From Cyanophora paradoxa CCMP329 (Eukaryota; Plantae; Glaucophyta): a stretch of 64,000 nucleotides of DNA. The stretch's first letter is position 1. The number at the start of each line of letters is the position of its first letter. The notes beneath the pieces are model-generated. The model saw only the letters and a list, made by a program, of their open reading frames with translations. It was not told where the DNA came from and did no database searches. A program made the position numbers and the translations under genes. Below are positions 46,904-55,584 of the stretch, in pieces. The DNA lies in contig QPMI01000059.1 in the NCBI GenBank assembly GCA_004431415.1, forward strand, positions 62,001 to 126,000. The letters are read 5' to 3'.

Positions 46904-47503
46904 TTGAGGCTTAAAGATAATGCAATCTGTAGATGTAACAAAAAAGTCGCAGACAAGCAGCTCGCTGCGCAGATGGAGGTTATCGTTCCTGATGTACCAG
47001 AGGGCACTGCTTTGATCCCGCTGATAGGAATTCGCAATCGACGCAAAGTCATCGTCGCCTACGCTCTCGTGTCACACGATGATGCTGAGCGTGTGCTGGG
47101 ATTTCGCTGGAGTTTGGACAATGGATATGCTCGAGCCAAAATCAACGGAAAGAGCGTGTACTTGCATACATTCATCAGTGGCAATCTTGAGAATGGGTTG
47201 ACGTTAGATCATATCAACAACGATCCAAAAGACAATCGTCGCGACAACCTCCGTTTAGCAACAGCTCGTCAACAGAATTTGAATCGTGGACAGCGGCGAG
47301 ATAACACTTCAGGATACATTGGCGTCAGCTTCCATCAGCAACATGGTAAATGGAAAGCATACTATAAGATAAATGACCGCCAAAAGCACATCGGTCTGTT
47401 TCAAACAGCAGAGGCTGCAGCTCGTGCTCGCGATGCATATGCATTGGAACATACCAGCGAAGAGGACAAACCATTCTTGCGGTTGAACTTCCCACAGGTT
47501 TGA
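46904..47503 (+). CDS. HNH endonuclease with AP2 domain (likely start at MEVIV)
   Basis: YLHTFI...LDHINNDPKDNRRDNLR; TSGYIGVSF...KWKAY...IGLFQTAEAAARARD. Confidence 0.9.
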   Translation: MRLKDNAICRCNKKVADKQLAAQMEVIVPDVPEGTALIPLIGIRNRRKVIVAYALVSHDDAERVLGFRWSLDNGYARAKINGKSVYLHTFISGNLENGLTLDHINNDPKDNRRDNLRLATARQQNLNRGQRRDNTSGYIGVSFHQQHGKWKAYYKINDRQKHIGLFQTAEAAARARDAYALEHTSEEDKPFLRLNFPQV

Positions 47504-47564
47504 ATGAAGGGAATAACACCCCTTGGGCGCAGCCGAGGCAGCTTGTCTGCCGATTATTTTTTTA

Positions 47565-47948
47565 ATGGAACTCGAATTCGAAACGGTAGAGGAAGAGTTT
47601 AATCTCGAAGACTGCTGGCCTGGAAGAACTCACGAATCGCCTGATCATCTGATTTCGTTCGGCATTTACAAGGGCACATCGTTCCTGTGGATTGCCTCAG
47701 CGAAACCGGAATATACTAGCTGGTTGTTGCGACAGCCTTGGCTACCGACTTTTGATCGCGCTGCTTTTTTACGCGCACAAAGCGCAATAGAGCCGAAGTC
47801 GTTCCAGACGATTTGTCAACAGAATAAACGCGGTCCGCGGTCGCAGCTTCATATATCAAAACCTGATACGAATGATTCAATTCAACGAAAAGACGCATTA
47901 GATCTGCTCGAGTCGCTCCGGCGTTGTATTCGTCGAAAACGCAGTTGA
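47565..47948 (+). CDS. Hypothetical protein with FGxYKG...YxxW motif
   Basis: ISFGIYKGTSFLWIASAKPEYTSWL resembles the small FGKYKG domain; overlaps the ATPase 3' end on the opposite strand. Confidence 0.45.
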   Translation: MELEFETVEEEFNLEDCWPGRTHESPDHLISFGIYKGTSFLWIASAKPEYTSWLLRQPWLPTFDRAAFLRAQSAIEPKSFQTICQQNKRGPRSQLHISKPDTNDSIQRKDALDLLESLRRCIRRKRS

Positions 47949-48431
47949 ACTCTTTAACGTTTGAGAGAATTGATGAGAAACAGATGTACTCGCAATTCCT
48001 TCGAACTGTAGGGCTGATTCCACAAAGACGTTGAGTGGTTACAAAAAGGCTCATGTTATAATGACGCCCACTAGTAAAAAGCTTTTGCATTAATCGGTCG
48101 CTGTGGACGTTCACAAGGTCATTATCGAGCAAATCATCTAGAACGATTGCAATCTTGCGCTCATCTTTCTTGCGTCGCCTTTCTTTTTGTTGCTCTAGAA
48201 GACTCTCAACCAAAACTGGATCCCATTCTTCGTGAATATTGTTTGAGCGAGTCGTGTCGTCCCACTGTTCTGTAAATGCTGTGGTACTAAATACGAAGAT
48301 ATCGTCTAGCTGCGGAGCTACTGCATTTAATACGTGTTTAACGTAGGTGCTTTTTCCCGAGTTGGTGGGCCGACAAACAAGAACCGTTTAGGCAGTTTTA
48401 TTTCTGTAGGATCAAACAGTTTGATATCCAT
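47716..48431 (-). CDS. A32-like packaging ATPase of element B; frameshift near 48365-48395
   Basis: ATG 48431 MDIKLFDP..., then in a shifted frame PTNSGKST (Walker A), IVLDDL, TSGRHYNMSLFVTTQ, VRRNCEY. Confidence 0.88.
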
Positions 48432-49660
48432 CTAGAAGTTACTTACCTTTAGAGTTGACATTTGATACGAGTTAATTACGAGAACATTGTGGCGCAGGAC
48501 GTGGAAGTCAACAACTGCTGGCGCTGCGTTTGTGCAGCCGGTCACAGTTAGCGAGCAGTAGCTGCTGCTGGAATTAAAGAAGTCTGTGTAGCCGAGGACA
48601 GCGTTATGCAGTGAGTCTTTGCCAGATTTCGAAAGCACAATCCCATAGACATTTCCGTCCTCGAAGCCAAGGGCTGAATTGCCAGTGGTTGCACCGCGGT
48701 ATTGAGTTGGAATGTGATAGCACGATGATACAAACCCAGAGATTGGCTTATTGCTGATGTCGAGAGTTCGGTTGTTGTGCATGATCTCAAACGAATCGAT
48801 TTTCAGCGCATTTCCGTTGCCAGCAAATGAATTGTGATTGCGAGTGCCCAGGTGATTCGCATTACGCACTGTCATCAGGATCGCGTGCACAAGGCCGCTG
48901 ACGTTGGCAAGGGAGATTTCGACTGCATTCCCCGCGTCGTCAGTCTTTAACTGCCTCGAGCGCTTTGAAATAATCTCGGTGAAAGGAATTCGAATACCAC
49001 CGCTCTCGTTTGCAGATTTAAGCATAGACTCAGCCTCTTCGCTAGGGATATTCACGAACTGGCAAACCAGGGCACAATCCGTTAGAGTTGCAACAGCACT
49101 AGCGACAGTTCCAACCACGCCAGCCGAACGGAAGTCAATTTCGACGGTTGGCATGTCAGCCAGTGCGAGCAGCGGGAAGTACGAATTGTCCCAGAGCTGG
49201 GAGGGATCTTTAGTACGTACTCGCGACTCGCATCGAGAATCTCAAGAGCCGCGTCCTTTCCAAAGCCGTAGCTGCTAGCAAAAGCCTGGGCGGACGCAAC
49301 GCTATTATCAATGAGCGCGTTCACAGTGAGCCAGTCTCCAGGGATCACCATCTTGAAGGATCCATGAACAAAGCGCACGTTTTCAATAAATGCACCAGCG
49401 CCATTAGGCAGCACCGAGGCGGCAGCTCCGCCAGCGACGCTGACCTTAAAGTATAGCGAGACACCGTTTAGAAGCTGCTTGCGCGGAAGGTCGAAAGCGG
49501 CAGTCTGCGCGAAGCCGTACGAGTTGCCTCGCGGACGGATCGTTTCAAGGAAAGGCTTGAACTTGGGGCTGACACCGACAGTGAGACCTGGGGATAAATA
49601 AAGTTCGCTTGAACCTTTGGTAGTGAGGAGCTCCTTTAGAGTTGTTCCTGCTTGCGCCAT
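48432..49660 (-). CDS. Major capsid protein of element B; frameshift near 49203
   Basis: Adding one base to the GGG run joins ...YVLKIP to SQLWDNSYFPLLAL...; N-terminus LKELLTT...KPFL...FDLPR aligns with element A capsid LKEALTT...KPVL...FKLPR. Confidence 0.78.
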
Positions 49661-49704
49661 TTGCTATTATAGACCAGAAAATTTTCATGCATATTGTTGT
49701 AAAG

Positions 49705-50601
49705 ATGAAGCTCCGCGTAAATGTCGATTCTAGGGACCGGTTCGAAGGCACGTCCTCGAATTTCAAGATCAATCTCCCAAGGCCCCTCGTTAATGTAAAG
49801 TCGGTGCGAGTTGATTCGCTAGAACTGTTTCATAACATGTTCAACCTGTCCACACAAGCCGCAATTATCACCGGCACCCTTGATCCCTCTGGCGTTGAGA
49901 AAACACGTGCCAACACTTTCAAGCCCGGAGTCTATACGCCAACCTCCCTTGCAAACTATCTAAGCACGCTTCTTAAAACCCAGCAGTATAGTTACGGCGG
50001 AACTACTTATCAGCGCAAGTTCGTCGTTCAGTTCGAAGAGATCTCAATGCGGCTTAGGTTCCTGTGTGAAGCGGACTTTATTTTGAGCTTCACATCGGCC
50101 GAACTATCGAACCTGCTCGGGTTTGCGAAGACTCTCAGTGACCTTTCCAGTGAGCTTGACACACCTGAGACAATCGATGGCGTACAATATTCGTACGAGC
50201 TGTTCAGCGATATGCCAGTTGATCTACTTTATCACACGTATTTGTTCCTGTACATTCAGCAGATCAAAGGCCCGATCTTGACACTTAACCCCTATACAAC
50301 GGGCTCGATCGCAAAGATTCACATCGACTCAAAATTCGGGGAGCTCATCAAGTTCACATCTGAGGATCGTGTTCCCGTCACAGGCTTCGATCGAAACGCT
50401 GAGCTGTCTGAACTTGACATATCGCTGCGCTATCATAATGGAACAGACGCTGTCACAAACACAGAGTTCTCGTTCGTGCTAGAGTTCGATATCGAGGATG
50501 TCTCTTACACGTCTGCTGCTGCTAAATCCGCAATTAAGAATGCAGCCAGCGAGTACGTCCCTTCGACAGATCGTTCGCATAAGTTTTTTCCCACTGCTTA
50601 G
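49705..50601 (+). CDS. Penton (minor capsid) protein of element B
   Basis: MKLRVNVDSRDR...SNFKINLPRPLVNVKSVRV...YLFLYI...LSELDISLR...FSFVLEF, the usual PLV/NCLDV penton pattern. Confidence 0.8.
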   Translation: MKLRVNVDSRDRFEGTSSNFKINLPRPLVNVKSVRVDSLELFHNMFNLSTQAAIITGTLDPSGVEKTRANTFKPGVYTPTSLANYLSTLLKTQQYSYGGTTYQRKFVVQFEEISMRLRFLCEADFILSFTSAELSNLLGFAKTLSDLSSELDTPETIDGVQYSYELFSDMPVDLLYHTYLFLYIQQIKGPILTLNPYTTGSIAKIHIDSKFGELIKFTSEDRVPVTGFDRNAELSELDISLRYHNGTDAVTNTEFSFVLEFDIEDVSYTSAAAKSAIKNAASEYVPSTDRSHKFFPTA

Positions 50602-50608
50602 TTAAAAG

Positions 50609-51256
50609 ATGCCTCCGCGAAAGAAGTCGACAGACATGCAGTCTCGGCTGCGCACTCCGCAGCTTGAAGTCGCTTCCAGCCCTACTAAGAAGAATCACAT
50701 CGAGTTCTTGAGTGGTGATACTGGTGCTTACCCGCTAGTCCGTCGCGCTGGTGGCGGTGAGGGTGCATCCATCGATTACGCTCTTACCGCCGACGAGAAC
50801 GCTATTCTTGATAAGATCCCGAATTCGCGGACTAAGAAGACCAAGACTAGCAAGCTAAAGGATACTGACGATGGGCCGCTGTACATCTCAGAGACGGCTA
50901 ATCGTAGCAGGTATTTCATTAAAACTGTGACCGGTCTTAAGACAGTTTCAAAGAAGCGAGCTAGTGACCTTATAGCTGGCATCGCGGCTGAGACTAAGAT
51001 GGAAAACAAGATTTTAAATGAACCGATCACGAAGACAAAGATCGAGAAGAAGGTTGCCCCTCCTGCAGCTGCTGTTCCTGCCAAGACGATCGTTGCGATC
51101 CCTGAGGTCGATGAGAATGCTAGCGAGCTGCCTGTAGCTAACGCATCGATCCTGCGCATCGCCTCTAGCAGTGCTGATCCTGTCGGGCCGGCGATCGAGT
51201 ACAAGCCAATGCTGAGCGGCTTCACTAAGCTAGGGCTCCGGCATCGCTGGGAGTGA
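50609..51256 (+). CDS. Lys/Ala-rich hypothetical protein (possible core protein)
   Basis: 215-aa ATG ORF directly after penton, starts MPPRKK. Confidence 0.55.
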   Translation: MPPRKKSTDMQSRLRTPQLEVASSPTKKNHIEFLSGDTGAYPLVRRAGGGEGASIDYALTADENAILDKIPNSRTKKTKTSKLKDTDDGPLYISETANRSRYFIKTVTGLKTVSKKRASDLIAGIAAETKMENKILNEPITKTKIEKKVAPPAAAVPAKTIVAIPEVDENASELPVANASILRIASSSADPVGPAIEYKPMLSGFTKLGLRHRWE

Positions 51257-51307
51257 CCGAGTGGCGCAGAGAAAGTCTTACCCGAAAAATGGTCGAATTA
51301 CAGTAAG

Positions 51308-52100
51308 CTAGCATAAAAGTGAAGTATTAGTTTCTAAACTTCTATGCTGGCATAAAAGTGAAGTATTAGTTTCTAAACTTCTATGCTGGCATAAAAGTGA
51401 AATATTAGTTTCTAAACTTCTATGCTGGCAATGTCCAGAAGTATTAATATATATTAAGTAACTTCTGGGCAATGCCCAAAGGTAATATCTATTCTTTTAA
51501 TACTTCTGGGCAATGCCCAAAGGTAATATCTATTCTTTTAATACTTCTGGGCAATGCCCATAGGTGATATCTATTCTTTTAATACTTCTGGGCAATGCCT
51601 ATAGGTAATATCTATTCTTTTAATACTTCTGGGCAATGCCCATAGGTTATATCTATTTTTTAAAAAACTTCGAGGCATGTCCACAAGTACTTTGGACAAA
51701 TGTTCACGTCCAGAGGTCGCTAAGCGACTTTGGACAAAAGTTCACGTCCAAGATCCTCAACCCTGCTGGCACATCCCAACGCATGTTTTGCACAATCCAA
51801 CCTCTAGTATAGCCTCGTTTGCACTATTGGAGATGTCTGCACGAGTTGCTAGCTGACTTGGGTGTCGTTCTGGAGTTCGTGACTTTGGACAAAAGTTCAC
51901 GTCCAAGATCCTCAACCCTGCTGGCACATCCCAACGCATGTTTTGCACGATCCGACCTCTAGTATAGCCTCGTTTGCACTATAGGAGACGCCTGCACGAA
52001 TTGCTAGTTTACTTGGGTGGCGTTTTGGAGTTCGTGACTTTGGACAAAAGTTCACGTCCAAGGTCGCCTAGTGACTTTGGACAAAAGTTCACGTCCAAGA
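51308..52100. repeat. Subterminal repeat region of element B: 39-bp x3, 41-bp x5, 155-bp x2 and five TTGGAC-N10-GTCCA palindromes
   Basis: GCATAAAAGT at 51311/51350/51389; ACTTCTGGGCAATGCC at 51461/51502/51543/51584/51625; (G)ACTTTGGACAAA at ~51688/51726/51881/52036/52073. Confidence 0.92.
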
Positions 52101-52170
52101 TCTCCAAGCTTCTAGGCAACCTCACTCATAGGTGTCAGATCGCTGATTCACAGACCGGCGCGTTTGGGGG

Positions 52171-52413
52171 CCCGCCTCAATTCACTGCTATATCGTTTTG
52201 CATTATCGATCGACCTAGACACCAGATACTACCTAGCGGTTGCTGGATGGAAGGGGAGGTAGACCAGAGGGAGAGAAGGGCGGTAGACGTAGCGAGAGAG
52301 TGGGAAAGAATGAGGGCTGGGAAGGCGCTGGAGTGGGTGAGTGAGGGGTGGGTTTGGGGGTTGAGGGTGGCAAAGAGGGCGGGCCCACCCTGATGGGGGT
52401 ACTCTCATTTTTT
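52171..52413 (-). repeat. Right terminal inverted repeat of element B
   Basis: Ends ...GGGGGTACTCTCATTTTTT then ATAATA; mirrors 41126-41369. Confidence 0.96.
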
Positions 52414-53051
52414 ATAATACCATTCACCCGTTCACCAGTAAAGATGCCATCAGTAAGAGCATTATAAACCTGTGATTGGATTGGGGAATTTCCATATCTT
52501 CCGGGATCAAGACCAAGCAATCGGGCAGCGCTCAGTAACTTTTGGATCGTTTTCTGGTTTGGATTTCCAGCAACAGAGAAGGCTAGATAGAAAGGTTTCT
52601 CTGAGTGGAATATAATTCGTTTTAGTGACTCATCCCATTTACAGCGAATAGATGGTTCCGGCTCTCTATCATCGAATTTCGCATTAATTACATTTACCAA
52701 TTGCTGGTGGCTTTGAATGGGTTTTTTGCGACTTATGATTAATTGCTTCCAAGGTTCAAAGCCGGCCGCTGGTCGAGTAGTTGGAATGCCATCAATGCCA
52801 GCACCATCGAATTCTTCACTCCAAAAAATGCTGAATGAATTATCAATTGTAATATCCCCTGGTTGCGTTTCACCACTCACCATAGGGATACTATTATAAA
52901 ATTCGGCCGAGACCAGCCTGACAGCCCTCACATTCTCATATATGTTTGGAAGTCGAGCTACAAAGCTTGAAGTAGGACCGTCACCAGAGATTGTATTAAA
53001 AGAGCTCACCTCAATGTAGTCCACGGGCATTCTCCTTTTATCTATATTCAT
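52414..53051 (-). pseudogene. 5' part of penton-like gene 1 of element A (interrupted by element B)
   Basis: YIEVSS...SSFVARLPNIYENVRAVRLVSAEFYNS is a penton-type N-terminus; the Pro-rich tail of the listed ORF is just read-through into the TIR. Confidence 0.85.
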
Positions 53052-53059
53052 ATATTAAA

Positions 53060-53995
53060 ATGAACCGGCTTGTCAATGTTGATAGCAGGGATCGCAGCCA
53101 AGGTGAAACCGAAAACTCTTACAGGGTTGCCCTCACAACACCAGTAGAGAGACCTCGAGAGTGTAGGGTTATTTACGCAGAAATTCCAAACAGCATTTAC
53201 AATAGTGTGGGAACAGATCATTTAATAGTGGAATTCACCTATCAGGATAGTTCTGTCACTGAAACAGTAACTTACAACATCTCTCCTCTGCCAACCGGTT
53301 ATATCAATCAGGGTCATTTTGGGGTCACCCAACCATACAACTATGGATTGAACTATGTGTTCTATGAGGAAACTATAGCAGGAAAAACAGTTGCTTTCGA
53401 ATTCAAATTATTCTACAATCCAACCACTTATAAAGTGGAGTTCTACAGTAACAGATTTTTCCGTATAAAAGCAAGCAATAAGCGCATTGGTAAGCTATTG
53501 GGTTTAAGCTCAACTGAGTTCCAGTCTTCATTTATGGATGACAATTCGCCCTCTCAATCTCCATATCGCCCTGAGAATTTTCTAAAGTATGATGGCAAAC
53601 CTATCACACTCAATCACCCCTTGTGGGGAACTACCTTTTCGGGATCCAGACTTTCATCCACACCTCTTAGATATGTTTATTACAGCAATAAGATGGCAGA
53701 TATGAATGCTGAGCAGTACCTTTATTTACATGTCAAAGAACTTGCTCCCTTTGCCAGCAGACATAATATAGTCCCAAAATCACAGCCACAAAACCAAGGC
53801 GCCATACTGAGACTCCAATTAAGCAAGGATATAGGAGGCTATGTTTACTATAATGGTGAACATGGGGAGTTTATTCGAATTAATGACCGACATCTGGTGG
53901 TGAGAGAACTAACAGTTGAGTTCAAAGACTACTTTGGTGACATCATTGACATGAATGGAATTGACAATTCTTTTCAGCTCGAGTTTATCGAATAA
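53060..53995 (+). CDS. Penton-like (minor capsid) gene 2 of element A
   Basis: MNRLVNVDSRDR...AEIPNSIYN...YLYLHVKEL...LTVEFKDYFGDIIDMNGIDNSFQLEF. Confidence 0.82.
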   Translation: MNRLVNVDSRDRSQGETENSYRVALTTPVERPRECRVIYAEIPNSIYNSVGTDHLIVEFTYQDSSVTETVTYNISPLPTGYINQGHFGVTQPYNYGLNYVFYEETIAGKTVAFEFKLFYNPTTYKVEFYSNRFFRIKASNKRIGKLLGLSSTEFQSSFMDDNSPSQSPYRPENFLKYDGKPITLNHPLWGTTFSGSRLSSTPLRYVYYSNKMADMNAEQYLYLHVKELAPFASRHNIVPKSQPQNQGAILRLQLSKDIGGYVYYNGEHGEFIRINDRHLVVRELTVEFKDYFGDIIDMNGIDNSFQLEFIE

Positions 53996-55541
53996 ACGCA
54001 CCTGTAAAATCGACTCTCATTGTGGGAGCATTCACATAGACAAGGGGATAAATGCGAACATATTTGATTCTCAAAGAGAACCCTACGTAGAAAGCATCCT
54101 TGATGGTGAGAGGGTAACCATTTAATAAAGCTATATCGCCGGAATTATTAGCATTGTTTATATTCTCACAAACAAATGTTTTGTTCTGCCCTTCTGCTCG
54201 AATAAAAGACCAGTTGATCCCATTAGTTGATGTAGCCACATTGAAAGTCTTTATAAAAGCATTGGTGTCCCCTGACCCATAGGCAACCACTGAAGAGAGT
54301 TCAAAAGTGTATGGGAAAGCAACTTGAAGGTACTCAGTGGGGGTCTCCCATATCTGCTCTGGAGCAAATGCCCCAGCTTCCCAGCCAAATGATGAAGGTC
54401 GAGCCATGTGGGGCTCTTTACCTATCACAGAGGAGGAGGCAGTAAAAGCATCATCAGCAAGTTTGTACCAATTAGCATCCAAAGGTGGTGACAGGGTGAG
54501 AGTGGAAGAGATATAAGCTTTTGATGGGTTCTTTAATTCATAGTTTGCTACCAGCAAATCGCAAAGCTTATTAATCATGGTGTTGTTTGCTGCTATGTAT
54601 GTCTCAGTGAACGAAAGCATGTCGGGGATTTTAGAGGTATCATCAAGGGACTTGACTATGTGATTTGGAAGAGGAACAGATAGCCTATAGTACCTCCCAT
54701 AATCCTGATCGTAGTTGTAAGGCAGCAACTCCTCCATCTTGTCAAGAGCTGACAGCTCACTTGCTGCCATGAGCATGTTAATCAATGGGCTTCCATCTGT
54801 TGAGGCAATCCATGAGAGAATGCCCCAACTATTCACAGTCTCATAACCATAGCCGAAGTAATCAGACTCTAAATATGGGTCTACCTCACCACAAGAGATG
54901 CTTATAACTATAATGTCATCATCATCACTGTAAATCTTCCTCGCATGGCTATAGCCACACACACTTGGGTTATTGTTTCCTGAAATAGCACCATCAATAA
55001 GGCAAGCAGTTACCCCTCGATTAAAATCAACTATACTCACAGGAGAAAAGTAGGTGGGAGCAGCAGAGGTAGCCCTTGCTGCTATTTTACAGGGCAGAAA
55101 GTTATAGTTGTTATCATTTGTGATAAATATAGGTTTCATGTACTGAGTATCAAACGAAGTAATCACAATGTCCTTTAAGGAATCTTGAATGAGAGATTCG
55201 CCAGTAACAGAATAGATTGCGCTTTCCAAAGGAGCCACATCATACTTGGTGTTAAAAAGGGCATTTTCGATTATATTTCGAGGATTCGCGAAAATCAAGG
55301 GCAGCTGAGTGAGGTATATATTATGTAAATCACTGGCTGTGAGTTTGGGTTCGCCTGCCCTATCTGGATGCCTGATGTTCAACCCAATGGCAATGATCCC
55401 ACCCGTGGAAGTTCCACTAACAAGATCCACAAGATCTATTATACGCCTGCCAGTTCGATTTTCGATTTCTTTAAGCAGTCTGGTAATGATAATGCCCCTT
55501 GCTCCGCCTCCTGACAATGCTAAAACGACCTTGAGAGGCAT
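53985..55541 (-). CDS. Patatin-like phospholipase fused to F5/8-type C (discoidin) domain
   Basis: LSGGGARG, GTSTGG, ATSAAPTYF, IDGA; C-terminal FTASS...YLQVAF...FNVATSTNGINW...KYVRIYP...MRVDFTG. Confidence 0.88.
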   Translation of the reverse strand: MPLKVVLALSGGGARGIIITRLLKEIENRTGRRIIDLVDLVSGTSTGGIIAIGLNIRHPDRAGEPKLTASDLHNIYLTQLPLIFANPRNIIENALFNTKYDVAPLESAIYSVTGESLIQDSLKDIVITSFDTQYMKPIFITNDNNYNFLPCKIAARATSAAPTYFSPVSIVDFNRGVTACLIDGAISGNNNPSVCGYSHARKIYSDDDDIIVISISCGEVDPYLESDYFGYGYETVNSWGILSWIASTDGSPLINMLMAASELSALDKMEELLPYNYDQDYGRYYRLSVPLPNHIVKSLDDTSKIPDMLSFTETYIAANNTMINKLCDLLVANYELKNPSKAYISSTLTLSPPLDANWYKLADDAFTASSSVIGKEPHMARPSSFGWEAGAFAPEQIWETPTEYLQVAFPYTFELSSVVAYGSGDTNAFIKTFNVATSTNGINWSFIRAEGQNKTFVCENINNANNSGDIALLNGYPLTIKDAFYVGFSLRIKYVRIYPLVYVNAPTMRVDFTGAFIR

Positions 55542-55584
55542 CTAATACTTATAAGGAATTTTATAAATCCATATAGTAAAAGCC

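Larger units (their letters stand above)
41126..52413. mobile_element. Complete 11.3-kb nested Polinton-like virus, element B
   Basis: Terminal inverted repeats at both ends, flanking direct repeat ATAATA (41120-41125 and 52414-52419), own pPolB, integrase, ATPase, capsid and penton. Confidence 0.95.

Noticed and set aside
51688-52100. CRISPR-like palindromic repeat-spacer array
   Set aside because: The intervening sequences are themselves duplicated (155-bp x2) and spacing is irregular
51757-52393. ORFs across element B subterminal repeats and TIR
   Set aside because: Non-ATG starts, repeat-derived, no protein-like motifs
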